Part shown: in pieces, positions 21,843 through 31,043 of the stretch
Layout of the letters: each line of letters starts with the position of its first letter
Position numbering within the stretch: position 1 is the stretch's first letter
Assembly (NCBI GenBank): GCA_031554505.1
Contig: JAVBVI010000047.1
Coordinates: forward strand, 28,885-92,884
Direction of reading: 5' to 3'
DNA length: 64,000 nucleotides
DNA from: Bacteroides sp.
GTDB lineage: Bacteria > Bacteroidota > Bacteroidia > Bacteroidales > Bacteroidaceae
Notes under the pieces: model-generated
What the model saw: only the letters and a program-made list of their open reading frames with translations
Told to the model about the DNA's origin: nothing
The model's database searches: none
Program-made: the position numbers and the translations under genes

Positions 21843-22694
21843 TTACAATAATACCACACTCGCTTTTCGCGGCTCAATGCTGCAACAAGGGCGTAAGCTT
21901 ACAATTCGTACACCGCTTGCCCGCTGAGGGCCGATTTTGAGGAAAGTTCCCAAAGCTGTAGTTTGTCCCCCTAATCCTAGTGGGCCTTTTTGGCTTTGAT
22001 TAACCCGTTTGGTAATTTCACTTTCAATATCACTCTGTATATCAAGGTTACCATAAACCATTGCTTCCATCATCAACGACGCAGCCTCAAAATGTGAACG
22101 ACCAATGCCAATAGCCAATGTTACCGGCGAACACCCCAATAAACTTGCCCCTTCTACTGCCCAATCAATAATTTCATCAGTTACAACCGAGACTTTATGT
22201 TTGTGAAAAACCCTGAAAGTCTTCGATCGTATTTCCGGGCCACCTCCATGCATTAGAATATGTAAACGAATTACATCTTCAGCAATTGGTCTTATCAGAA
22301 TCGGGGAGGGAAGCAAAGCACCCGGATCGATGTTTAAGCCACCTGACTGGTCTATACGTTGCAAATCGCTACCCTTAATAGCCATCGGCCTGCCGGGTAA
22401 AGCTCTCAAGCCCTCACGAATTCCTTCTTGAATAAGACTTATTAAACGCCCATTGACACTCTGATTGGGACCCACTTCTAAAAAAAGATGCGGAATTCCT
22501 GTATCATCACAAAGTGGACTCCGATTTTGTTCGGCTATAAGTGCATTTTGCAGGATTGTTTCCAACACCCATTTAGCTGCCGGAACAGTTTCTTGTTCAA
22601 TTGCTTTACGATAAGCATCTTTTTGATCACTACGAAAAGACGAAGCAGCCTTTATCAATGCTTCACTAACGTTACTAATGATTACATTATCCAT
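21843..22694 (-). CDS. Fe-S hydro-lyase alpha subunit (fumarate hydratase class I / tartrate dehydratase family)
   Basis: PLCDDTG, GGGPE, GCSP, GPLGLGG.TT and a C-terminal CC. The true start is ATG 22694 (MDNVII), immediately after the IS end. Confidence 0.85.
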   Translation of the reverse strand: MDNVIISNVSEALIKAASSFRSDQKDAYRKAIEQETVPAAKWVLETILQNALIAEQNRSPLCDDTGIPHLFLEVGPNQSVNGRLISLIQEGIREGLRALPGRPMAIKGSDLQRIDQSGGLNIDPGALLPSPILIRPIAEDVIRLHILMHGGGPEIRSKTFRVFHKHKVSVVTDEIIDWAVEGASLLGCSPVTLAIGIGRSHFEAASLMMEAMVYGNLDIQSDIESEITKRVNQSQKGPLGLGGQTTALGTFLKIGPQRASGVRIVSLRPCCSIEPRKASVVLL

Positions 22695-22710
22695 AAGTAC
22701 CAAATAAAAA

Positions 22711-23349
22711 TTAGTTTGCATTAAAATGCGAGAATTTAATTTTTTGTCCATTTCCCATGTCTGCCATGCACCTGTCAAGTGCATATGCCAGACTTTCCTT
22801 GCTCAGATAATCTTCTGGATCAAGCCATTCTTTCTTAAGCTTTCTCCAGAGGGTTTCGGCAATGTTCAAGCGAGGAGAATAAGGTGGGAGAAAGAACAGG
22901 AACAATCCTCTCTTCTGCCAATAAGGTATTCTTTCCATAATGTCTTTAGTCTTATGTATTCTTGCATTATCCAAAACAATAAAGGTTGTATTACTTATTT
23001 CCCAAGAGAGTCCTTCCATGAATTCCAAGATAAACTCGGTATTAATATTCTCCTGCGTGATTTTCCAGTAACACTGACTTTGTCTGTTTATGAGTCCAAA
23101 GCAGTTGAACTTATAGGACTTCTCCGAGAGAAAGCAGACATCCTCATCGAGAAATTGCCAACCATAAGGAACATATCCTTCACTACACACATGAGTCTCA
23201 TCTCCGTAGTAAAGACTGATCTGGCCTTTCACACTCATATTTTTCAGCTCTTGAAGCTTCTCCACTTGAAGTTGGTAATGTTCGGCCAAAGGCTGCCCTT
23301 TGGGTCTGCGTCTTATGCGTTTATATCGTCCGCCAAGGCTTTTAAAAAA
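22711..23349 (-). CDS. IS630 transposase OrfB (DDE domain), expressed by -1 frameshift
   Basis: GDET, VLDNARIH and LPPYSPRLNIAETLW motifs. The frame is open back to the slippery TTTTTTAAAA (23340-23349), reading FFKSLGGRYKRIRRRPK. Confidence 0.88.
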   Translation of the reverse strand, partial: FFKSLGGRYKRIRRRPKGQPLAEHYQLQVEKLQELKNMSVKGQISLYYGDETHVCSEGYVPYGWQFLDEDVCFLSEKSYKFNCFGLINRQSQCYWKITQENINTEFILEFMEGLSWEISNTTFIVLDNARIHKTKDIMERIPYWQKRGLFLFFLPPYSPRLNIAETLWRKLKKEWLDPEDYLSKESLAYALDRCMADMGNGQKIKFSHFNAN

Positions 23350-23750
23350 TTCTTAAATGTACTGTCACTCACTTGGCGCCCACTTTCAGCTTCCCATTGT
23401 GCTTTAGCAGTACGCATGCGCTGCCGGTTAGCTTTTATAGCAGATAAGATGGGTTCTTTATCCTCATCAAGAGAAAGAACAGCCTTGCGACCTCGCCCCG
23501 GTTTGGTCAGCAAACCGGAAATACCTTCGGCTTTATATCGCTTTAGCCAGCTGTTCACACTCACGGCGCATAAGCCAGTGATGGCTCCCACTTCTTTAGA
23601 ATCACGACCATCAGCTTTCAGAAGAATGCTTTGGCAGCGTTGGCGAAAACAATGGCTGGTACCTTCGCGTAAGCCATGTTCCAATTCTTTGCGTTGCTCG
23701 GCTGTCAGTACCGGCGTGTTGACTCGTCCCATAGGACAGCAAAGATACAA
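23313..23750 (-). CDS. IS630 transposase OrfA (HTH)
   Basis: WLKRYKAEGISGLLTKPGRGRK motif. Confidence 0.88.
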   Translation of the reverse strand: MYLCCPMGRVNTPVLTAEQRKELEHGLREGTSHCFRQRCQSILLKADGRDSKEVGAITGLCAVSVNSWLKRYKAEGISGLLTKPGRGRKAVLSLDEDKEPILSAIKANRQRMRTAKAQWEAESGRQVSDSTFKNFLKALADDINA

Positions 23751-23781
23751 ATAAATTAAACTAATTTATAACCAGTACTTA

Positions 23782-24285
23782 TCAATAAATACTTTTACCA
23801 TGGGCAGCCGCAATGATCGCGGGATAATCCACCACTTTTATTCTATGTAGAGCTTCCATTCCTAATTCCGGATATGCAATTACTTCTTTTTCAAATGTTT
23901 TACTCTCCAACAAAGCTGTAACAGGAGGAATAACTGCATATACAGAATTGTAGTTCTTCAATTGTTGAACAGTATCTAAGCTTATTGCACCTTTGCCGAG
24001 ATGCATTTTGACACCAGCTAAAGACAATGCCGAGAAACTGTCCTCTATTTCTTTTTTATTGCTGGAGGTTGGGCCAACTCCTGCAGGACTCACTGCAGTA
24101 TGAAATATTGCAGCACCCTCCAAACTAATGTTAAGTTGAGGTAATGTCCCATTCTCAATGTGCTCAACTATTCTTGGCAAAACAGCATCTCTACCAGTAT
24201 ATATATAACCAGATATAGTTACTAGATCGCCAACTTTTAAACTATAAATAAATTCTTCTTCTATCGGAGTTTGTATACATTTCAT
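23782..24285 (-). CDS. Fe-S hydro-lyase beta subunit (fumarase/tartrate dehydratase C-terminal domain)
   Basis: LKVGD.V.ISG.IYTGRDA, GPTSS, LGKG and ELGMEA motifs. Confidence 0.88.
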   Translation of the reverse strand: MKCIQTPIEEEFIYSLKVGDLVTISGYIYTGRDAVLPRIVEHIENGTLPQLNISLEGAAIFHTAVSPAGVGPTSSNKKEIEDSFSALSLAGVKMHLGKGAISLDTVQQLKNYNSVYAVIPPVTALLESKTFEKEVIAYPELGMEALHRIKVVDYPAIIAAAHGKSIY

Positions 24286-24288
24286 GAC

Positions 24289-25521
24289 TTAATAAATATC
24301 TTTTCTCATAATTGAATTACCATCAATGTCGTAAACATCAATGCTTTTAAGTACTAAATTTATTTTATTATACAATTCATCAACTGTATTTGATTTTACT
24401 GTGAATACGCCTACTCGATTGTTACTGGAAATGTCCTCATCTATTTCTGTCCCTTTCTCTTTTAGCGAATTACAATACTCTAATATATTGTCTGATAACA
24501 AGAATTTGTCATAAGCAATGTGATCAAATACACCCTGCCTTGCATATATAAAATTATCTGCATAAAACATATTTGGCTCATGATTGTTCATTGTAACTTC
24601 GTGCCCTAAAAAAGATTCAATAGATGCATCCAAATAATCAAAGCCTGTACTTTCTTTAATGATCTTATAGCTTTCCCCCCCACCGATTCTGGCACCAAAT
24701 TCTATAACACTAATAGTATTCTCATTAAGAATAGCCTGTATCATAAGAGGTGTGTTATTTAAATGAAAAGCATTCGCTATTTGGTTTGATATTTTTTTTA
24801 TCTGATCAAAGATTTCTTTTGATATTTTTATAGGCCATATACACCCATATATCTGTTGTACTGATTTGTGATTTTTGTTTATTTTCCTTCTTTCTTTAAC
24901 CATTAGAACAATCGCTGTCCCATTTTTCACAAAACAGTCTATCCCAATCTCTATTCCAGTTATAAACTCTTCAACAATAACTTCTTTATTCCTACTAATT
25001 TTTGATGCAATCTGTATGGCTTCTTCAATATTTTCATTCTCAGTTGATATTTTCCTAACTCCCTTTGAACTGTTACTGTCAGTAGGTTTTACAATAACTG
25101 GGTATTTCAATTCATGTAAATCATATTCCTTTATACTTTGTATCTTCAGATATTTAGATGTGGGAATATCATTTTCCATCATAATTTGCTTCATTAAGAC
25201 TTTATTCGTAACCTTAATGGCTGTTTCATAGTTGTATGGACTAGGAAGCCCCATTTTCTCCGCAACATAACAAGCTGTAACATTTGCTTGATCAACGCAT
25301 GTGCTAATAACCAAATCAGCTTCATACTCTTTAGCAATACGAAGAACTACCTCTTTCTCAAGAGTACTTTCTTTTATATGTATATCTGCATGTGATTTTG
25401 CTATAGGATTATCAAGAAAGTCAATAAGTATAATGTAGAAACCTCTTTCTTTAAGTTTCTCTATCAACAATATATGCGGACGTGTTCCTCCTAAAACAAC
25501 TGCTGTAGGCTTATTCTTCAT
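24289..25521 (-). CDS. ATP-grasp ligase
   Basis: TNKVLMK, YPVIVKPTDSNSSKGV, VEEFITG.E and IEFGARIGGG motifs. Confidence 0.85.
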   Translation of the reverse strand: MKNKPTAVVLGGTRPHILLIEKLKERGFYIILIDFLDNPIAKSHADIHIKESTLEKEVVLRIAKEYEADLVISTCVDQANVTACYVAEKMGLPSPYNYETAIKVTNKVLMKQIMMENDIPTSKYLKIQSIKEYDLHELKYPVIVKPTDSNSSKGVRKISTENENIEEAIQIASKISRNKEVIVEEFITGIEIGIDCFVKNGTAIVLMVKERRKINKNHKSVQQIYGCIWPIKISKEIFDQIKKISNQIANAFHLNNTPLMIQAILNENTISVIEFGARIGGGESYKIIKESTGFDYLDASIESFLGHEVTMNNHEPNMFYADNFIYARQGVFDHIAYDKFLLSDNILEYCNSLKEKGTEIDEDISSNNRVGVFTVKSNTVDELYNKINLVLKSIDVYDIDGNSIMRKDIY

Positions 25522-26677
25522 CTCTCTTCTCTTGTTCTTTGGTTAGATTTTCCATCAAAGCTTTTTTGTAATTTATGTGCGATATTTTTAGAGACGGAAT
25601 CCCTTTTCTAATACCTTGACGTATATGAATATCCAAAAAAGAGGGCCCCTCTAACTTAGACAGATTACTAATAGCACATATTAACTCTTGTTTTGTAGTA
25701 ACATGATTATTAACCGTATTATAACCAGATCCTTTTGCAATTGCTGTCATATTCGAAATTTGGCCAGCAGATTGTTGTCCCCCAACGGATTCATGTACGC
25801 CATTGTTTAAGATAATATGCCAGAAATTGTTTGGTTTAACTTTTCCAGCAGTAGTGAATGCTCCTAAATGCATTATGGCTGCAGAATCTCCATCAAAACA
25901 GACTATACGTCTATTGGGACTGCCTAAAGCCATTCCTAAGGCAATTGAAGAAGTATGCCCCATGGCTCCAACATTTAAGAAATCATTATCAGAAGGGAAA
26001 TCTTTTATGGACTTTAACTCATGAAGTTCACGTGTTGCACGCCCTGTAGTTGCCACATATATAGTATCCTTTGGGAAATAATCCAATATGATATTCATTG
26101 CCTCTTCCCTATTCATTTGGATATTATCTTCCTGATAATTTGAGTTCTTTTCTGGCTTAGCAAAAATTCCCTTCTTAGCAATTAGGGCAACAGGAGCATT
26201 TGTCAACATTGCCGTTTCTTTTGCCCAAACAAAATGACTAACAACCTCTGCATCATTCTCTATAATATGATACAAAATATTCATATCTTCTAAAAGGACA
26301 GGAGTTAATTCTCCTTGTCTTTTGTGTTGTTCCCAATCCGATGTAGCAGGATCTCCTCGCCATCCTATAAGTAAAATCATAGGTATTGAGTATACTGTTT
26401 GATGAGTCAATGAGAGTAAAGGATTCATAGCATTCCCTATGCCAGAATTCTGCATATATACAAGTGGAATTTTTCCAGTTGCAACATGATAACCAGCTGC
26501 AATAGCAATAGCATTTCCTTCATTTGCGGCAACAATGTGTTTTTCTTTTTTCAATGACGATTCAGCATATAAACAAAAATCATTCAAAAATGAATATGGG
26601 ACACCTGTCATAAAATCAATACCAAGATAACTTAATGTCTCGAATAATAAACATTGATCAATCATTTTTATCATCAT
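25511..26677 (-). CDS. ThDP-dependent phosphonopyruvate/sulfopyruvate decarboxylase-like enzyme (AepY family)
   Basis: AANEGNA, YMQNSGIGNAMNPLLSL, IGWRG, GAMGH and DGD...NNGVHESVGGQ motifs. Confidence 0.85.
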   Translation of the reverse strand: MMIKMIDQCLLFETLSYLGIDFMTGVPYSFLNDFCLYAESSLKKEKHIVAANEGNAIAIAAGYHVATGKIPLVYMQNSGIGNAMNPLLSLTHQTVYSIPMILLIGWRGDPATSDWEQHKRQGELTPVLLEDMNILYHIIENDAEVVSHFVWAKETAMLTNAPVALIAKKGIFAKPEKNSNYQEDNIQMNREEAMNIILDYFPKDTIYVATTGRATRELHELKSIKDFPSDNDFLNVGAMGHTSSIALGMALGSPNRRIVCFDGDSAAIMHLGAFTTAGKVKPNNFWHIILNNGVHESVGGQQSAGQISNMTAIAKGSGYNTVNNHVTTKQELICAISNLSKLEGPSFLDIHIRQGIRKGIPSLKISHINYKKALMENLTKEQEKRDEE

Positions 26678-26712
26678 GTTAGTAATGAAAGCAATTTATT
26701 AATACTAACTTG

Positions 26713-28029
26713 CTAATGATTAATCAATTCAACTATTTTTAAGTGTTTCTCGTCCTGAATTCCAGCTAATGAGGCCATTGAATGGAACTTCTCTTGCAGT
26801 TCCTCTTCTGAAAGAGGATTTTCAGGCTCGCCTTTTGGAAAGTCAACTCTTTCACTAGGCTTAAAACCATCTTTGGTTTCGATTTCTACAATAGCCACTC
26901 GTTTATGAGGAACCAAAGCACTCAACTCTTCATTAGGGTATACATTTACTCGCTTGGTCAAATCCAATATAAGTTCATCTGAAACATAGGGCAAGCCAAA
27001 TTCATTAACTCCAGCCCTTCCTGTAATTAGCGAAACGGCAACACTAAATGGAATACTCATTTTAGCAGATGATTCACCATAGATTTGTTGTCCATCATGC
27101 TTGCCTATAACTCCTTTATAAGTAATAACACGAACTTCTTTGATATTGTCAACCAAAATATTATATTTTTTTCTCAATTTCAATGATGCTTCAATTGCAG
27201 GGTGAGTATGCCGGCAAGACGCATATGGCTTTATATACACGTCCTGTATACCCAACACTTCATCTTTATGCCTGCAGAATAATTTTTCATCATATTCGCG
27301 AGTCATCATAGATAAGAAACCTGTATCTCCAGCTAAAACATCTTTAGGTCCTTTAAATCCGGCTTGTGACATAACAACAGCCATATAGCCCATTAAAGAA
27401 GCCCTTCCTATATTAAATGGTTTGAGTTCAGAAGTATCTTCTAATACTTTGAGTGTGCCTGCAGCAGATATAGCAGCAACTGAAAATGCATTTTTTATTT
27501 CATCTTTTGATAATCCAAGCATCATTGCAATCCCCATAGCAACACCAATGGTGCAACAAGTTGAGGTCGGATGATAGCCTGCATTATAATGAAATGGTTG
27601 CATAGAACTTGCGATTCTGATAGAAGTCTCATACCCAGTAATAACCCCAATTAAGAATTCTTCCCACTTAACATTATACTTCTCCGCAACCGGCAAAAGA
27701 GCCGAAAAGATTGGTGCTCCGGGATGAATTGCGCCATATCGTATCCCGTCATCCAGTTCCAATACATGAGAACTAAGACCATTTATCAATATAGAATTTG
27801 ATAAAGCAGCCTTCCTATTAAACCCTATTATAGAAGATGCCGTACTATTATCATCTAAAATCGCCAAAACTTTATTCTCTTTTTCTTGCAAGATTTTAGC
27901 ACCTGCAACCGTAACCCCAATATAGTCTAACAGACATTCTTTTACTTTTTTCACGACTTGCTCGGAATAACGCTCATATCTTATAGAATAAATGCTATCT
28001 ATAAATATGTCAGTCAAACAATTATTCAT
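26713..28029 (-). CDS. MmgE/PrpD family dehydratase/epimerase
   Basis: SHVLELDDG...HPG, GYHPT, KPYASCRHTHP and PKGEPENPLS motifs. Confidence 0.9.
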   Translation of the reverse strand: MNNCLTDIFIDSIYSIRYERYSEQVVKKVKECLLDYIGVTVAGAKILQEKENKVLAILDDNSTASSIIGFNRKAALSNSILINGLSSHVLELDDGIRYGAIHPGAPIFSALLPVAEKYNVKWEEFLIGVITGYETSIRIASSMQPFHYNAGYHPTSTCCTIGVAMGIAMMLGLSKDEIKNAFSVAAISAAGTLKVLEDTSELKPFNIGRASLMGYMAVVMSQAGFKGPKDVLAGDTGFLSMMTREYDEKLFCRHKDEVLGIQDVYIKPYASCRHTHPAIEASLKLRKKYNILVDNIKEVRVITYKGVIGKHDGQQIYGESSAKMSIPFSVAVSLITGRAGVNEFGLPYVSDELILDLTKRVNVYPNEELSALVPHKRVAIVEIETKDGFKPSERVDFPKGEPENPLSEEELQEKFHSMASLAGIQDEKHLKIVELINH

Positions 28030-28040
28030 TATTTTTTAGA

Positions 28041-28982
28041 CTAAAAAAAATTAAAATAACTGGGACTATCCTTTCTTGCCTCTTCCCAAGCTTCGTTATA
28101 TGCAGCTAATATAGAGTCTGGAAGTTTTTTTTCTTCCACTGATTTCATATTTTGCTCCATTTGCTCTTGACTGGATGCTCCTAAAATAATGCCATCGTTC
28201 TTTTCTTCATTAAGTGATGAGTGGTGAACGAGCCACCTAAACGCTGCTTCTATCGGTAAAATATCTTCTTCTTTACATTTTGCTTTTATTACATCTATTG
28301 CTTCAAAGTAAGACTTTTTCCAATATCTACTCTGATAACTTTGCAACCTGGAGAATCTACCTGGCATAGGGATATCATCAAAAGAAAGATGCTTTCCTGT
28401 TAATAAGCCACCTGCCAAAGGATTAAAAGCATAGAAACGCATCCCCAAATATCGTAGCGCAGGAAAAAGTTCATTCTCTACATTACGGCATAAAGCATTA
28501 TACATGCCTTGATAAACAGTCGGACGAGGACATCCATACCTCTCACACAAATGCCAAATATCAGCAACTAGCCAAGACGGGAAATTACTTAATCCCAATT
28601 CTCTAATTTTTTTCTGTTCATAAAGTTCCGCACATGTTTCCAAGGCTTCAGAAATTGGAGTTTTGTGATCTGGAAAATGAAAATAAAGAATATCTACAGA
28701 ATCTTGATGCATACGATTTAAGGATTCTTCAAATTGAAAAAGGATAGCAGCCCTGTCTAACTTTCCTGTTATACGGGGATGTACCTTAGTTGCTATGTTA
28801 TATTGTCCAACAGAAATCCCAGACAATATGTCTCCCAAATATTTTTCCGTAATTCCATCATTATACACATAAGCAGTATCCAATTCTTTATGGCCTGATA
28901 TTAAAAAATTATCGACCATTTTTCGGCTATTCTCCATGTCCAACTGAGGACCGAAATTCATTGTACCTAAAATTAAATTCAT
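28041..28982 (-). CDS. Aldo/keto reductase (AKR7/AFAR-like)
   Basis: LGTMNFG, ELDTAYVY, YQGMYNALCRNVENELFPALR and FNPLAGGLLTGK motifs. Confidence 0.9.
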   Translation of the reverse strand: MNLILGTMNFGPQLDMENSRKMVDNFLISGHKELDTAYVYNDGITEKYLGDILSGISVGQYNIATKVHPRITGKLDRAAILFQFEESLNRMHQDSVDILYFHFPDHKTPISEALETCAELYEQKKIRELGLSNFPSWLVADIWHLCERYGCPRPTVYQGMYNALCRNVENELFPALRYLGMRFYAFNPLAGGLLTGKHLSFDDIPMPGRFSRLQSYQSRYWKKSYFEAIDVIKAKCKEEDILPIEAAFRWLVHHSSLNEEKNDGIILGASSQEQMEQNMKSVEEKKLPDSILAAYNEAWEEARKDSPSYFNFF

Positions 28983-28983
28983 C

Positions 28984-30138
28984 TTATTTGTAGTCCTTTT
29001 TATCCAAAATTAATTTTAAGATTTCATCTTCTGTTTTCACTACACCATACACTGCAGCTCTATTGACAATTTTATTAGCCCAATTTCTATGAGGATTGAC
29101 CTCATTCATTTTATTTCCATTATCGCTCTTTATCACTCCTCCTGATGCATTTAATATCTGTATTGCATCATTATACTCTTCTTCAACCACAACTAACATA
29201 GCATTTACAAATCTGGAATGCGATGGGTGAATAATAGTCTTCCCTACAAATCCATTAACTATATCTAAGATGGTTTCACGTAATAAACCATCAATAGCCT
29301 CATTTACAATAGGTATCCTGTTAACTAAAGAATGATGCAAATCTTGTTCTAACAAATCATTAATATCATCTTGTTTGTAGGCTAGAAAATATTCCCAAAC
29401 AGCTCCAGAAACCACATAATCCATATTTCTGTTGAAATAATTCAACACATCAGATAATGCGTCTCTTACTGTCAATAAATCATAGACAGAAGTATTGATA
29501 TTCCTTCTAAGTCCAAATAGAGAAGACATATCTGTTCCTCCAATTCGAATATTAAGTATCAATTTCTCATAAGGGGTAAGAATGGCTTTCAACAAGAGTA
29601 ATTCTCTTTCCCTTAATTCTCTAAAAGCGATTTCTCCACCTTCTAAGATTGGCATTCCATACAATCTCTCATTCATTTCGATTGAGATTTCACTTAATAT
29701 TGAAAAATATTCTTGTGCATTTAAGCTATTGAACTTCGGGAAAACAAATCCTGATAAGGTACTTGCGTGCTTAGGTGTTAATCTTTGGGCAAAATTTCTA
29801 AACTGATCGACATTTCTAACTCTGATAAAAATTAGTGGAATGTCGTCTATTGAAAGCATACCATTTTCAATATTATCAGCAAAAAAGAACAAATGTTCTA
29901 ATATGTTATTTTCTGCAATGGACAAGTCCTCTTCTCTGATAGCATCTTCTAAACACATCACAATAGAGGTCACGTCATTAAATGTTTTTGTGAGCACCTT
30001 TTGTTTTATGTCCTTGATACCAGGCATATATAATGTAGCTCCTAAGCAATATTGTAACAAAGATTTGTTCGTGTATTTATTAAAAGAACAAGGTTCCTTT
30101 ACAAATTCAAAATTGCAATTATAAAGATGATGTCTCAT
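28984..30138 (-). CDS. HpcH/HpaI aldolase / CitE-like C-C bond lyase (TIM barrel)
   Basis: LGATLYMPG, CLEDAI, FIRVRN, FVFPKF, MPILE and GKTIIHPSH motifs. Confidence 0.85.
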   Translation of the reverse strand: MRHHLYNCNFEFVKEPCSFNKYTNKSLLQYCLGATLYMPGIKDIKQKVLTKTFNDVTSIVMCLEDAIREEDLSIAENNILEHLFFFADNIENGMLSIDDIPLIFIRVRNVDQFRNFAQRLTPKHASTLSGFVFPKFNSLNAQEYFSILSEISIEMNERLYGMPILEGGEIAFRELRERELLLLKAILTPYEKLILNIRIGGTDMSSLFGLRRNINTSVYDLLTVRDALSDVLNYFNRNMDYVVSGAVWEYFLAYKQDDINDLLEQDLHHSLVNRIPIVNEAIDGLLRETILDIVNGFVGKTIIHPSHSRFVNAMLVVVEEEYNDAIQILNASGGVIKSDNGNKMNEVNPHRNWANKIVNRAAVYGVVKTEDEILKLILDKKDYK

Positions 30139-30146
30139 AATAGTTC

Positions 30147-31031
30147 TTATATATTCGTTGAAATGATGGCTTCTGGATAATAACTTTCTATAACTCTTTT
30201 CACCAAAACAATTTGTTTTGCACGCTTCTTCGCATCAGATTCTGTTGTATCCCAACTATGAGTTGCGGCGACAGACCCTCCTGTTTTCAAATAAATTGGT
30301 GCAGCAATGCGAATCATTTCTGGTACCTCATAATGTCTAATAAAGCCACCTGACGATTTGGGGTTCTCTGTGTGGATATCAATAGGAATATCAATAGCCT
30401 GTCGCATAGCAGACAACATTTGCAGTTGAATATCTCTCACGGGATTGATTGAGTTGGCTCCTATTGACTCAAGAAGTTTTGCTGAACAAGGATTACCATG
30501 ACCTGCATGGGCTGATATCTTAAACTTACAATCTGATGGAATATGTTTTTTCTCTCTCATCTGATTTAGCAACCACAATAATCCCTCATCATAAATCAGA
30601 AACGAAAAACACCCTAAATTCGAAGCACGTTTTACATCTTCAACTGCTCGAATAACTTGCTCTTGCCCCCTCAGTCGATATCCCATGCGTTGCCCTTCCT
30701 CGGTATGAACTGATGCGCTTGTATCTGTCGTAGCTCTGGGGCCTATTGCAAGTACCAACTCGACATTCCACTGAGTTGCATAAAAAACCATCTGCTCAAT
30801 TTCTTGATCTGTTAAAGACATTATCCCCTTTGTCTGAGTTACACGATGAATTCGTATTCCAAACTTATCCAACTCCTCAAGTAATGCTTTCATGGCAGCT
30901 GGCCCTTGAATTCCAGGTACTTCAAATCGATACTGAGCACCATCGCAAAATCTTTTTTCTGATGTTGGTAGATTATACAAATCTCCATCAGGCATACCTA
31001 TTTCATTCAAAAAAGCTCTAGTTTCCTTCAT
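30147..31031 (-). CDS. Peptidase U32-like TIM-barrel protein of unknown activity
   Basis: YRFEVPGIQ, L.YDEG.L, KISAHAGHGNP and GGFIRHYE.PE...AAPIYLK.G motifs. Confidence 0.6.
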   Translation of the reverse strand: MKETRAFLNEIGMPDGDLYNLPTSEKRFCDGAQYRFEVPGIQGPAAMKALLEELDKFGIRIHRVTQTKGIMSLTDQEIEQMVFYATQWNVELVLAIGPRATTDTSASVHTEEGQRMGYRLRGQEQVIRAVEDVKRASNLGCFSFLIYDEGLLWLLNQMREKKHIPSDCKFKISAHAGHGNPCSAKLLESIGANSINPVRDIQLQMLSAMRQAIDIPIDIHTENPKSSGGFIRHYEVPEMIRIAAPIYLKTGGSVAATHSWDTTESDAKKRAKQIVLVKRVIESYYPEAIISTNI

Positions 31032-31043
31032 TATGCTTTTACT

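Larger units (their letters stand above)
22696..23779 (-). mobile_element. IS630-family insertion sequence
   Basis: Imperfect terminal IRs (TA)AGTAC-N4-TA-N-AAATTAGTTT at both ends, TA duplication at 22694-22695 and 23780-23781, and two transposase ORFs. Confidence 0.92.

Noticed and set aside
22726-23754. 342-aa plus-strand ORF spanning the IS630
   Set aside because: It is antisense to a clear transposase and has no recognisable motifs; a shadow ORF.
28984-30138. C-C lyase as a cryptic PEP mutase, or as part of a Ter stress operon
   Set aside because: It lacks the PEP mutase signature and has CitE-type motifs; no ter genes are nearby.
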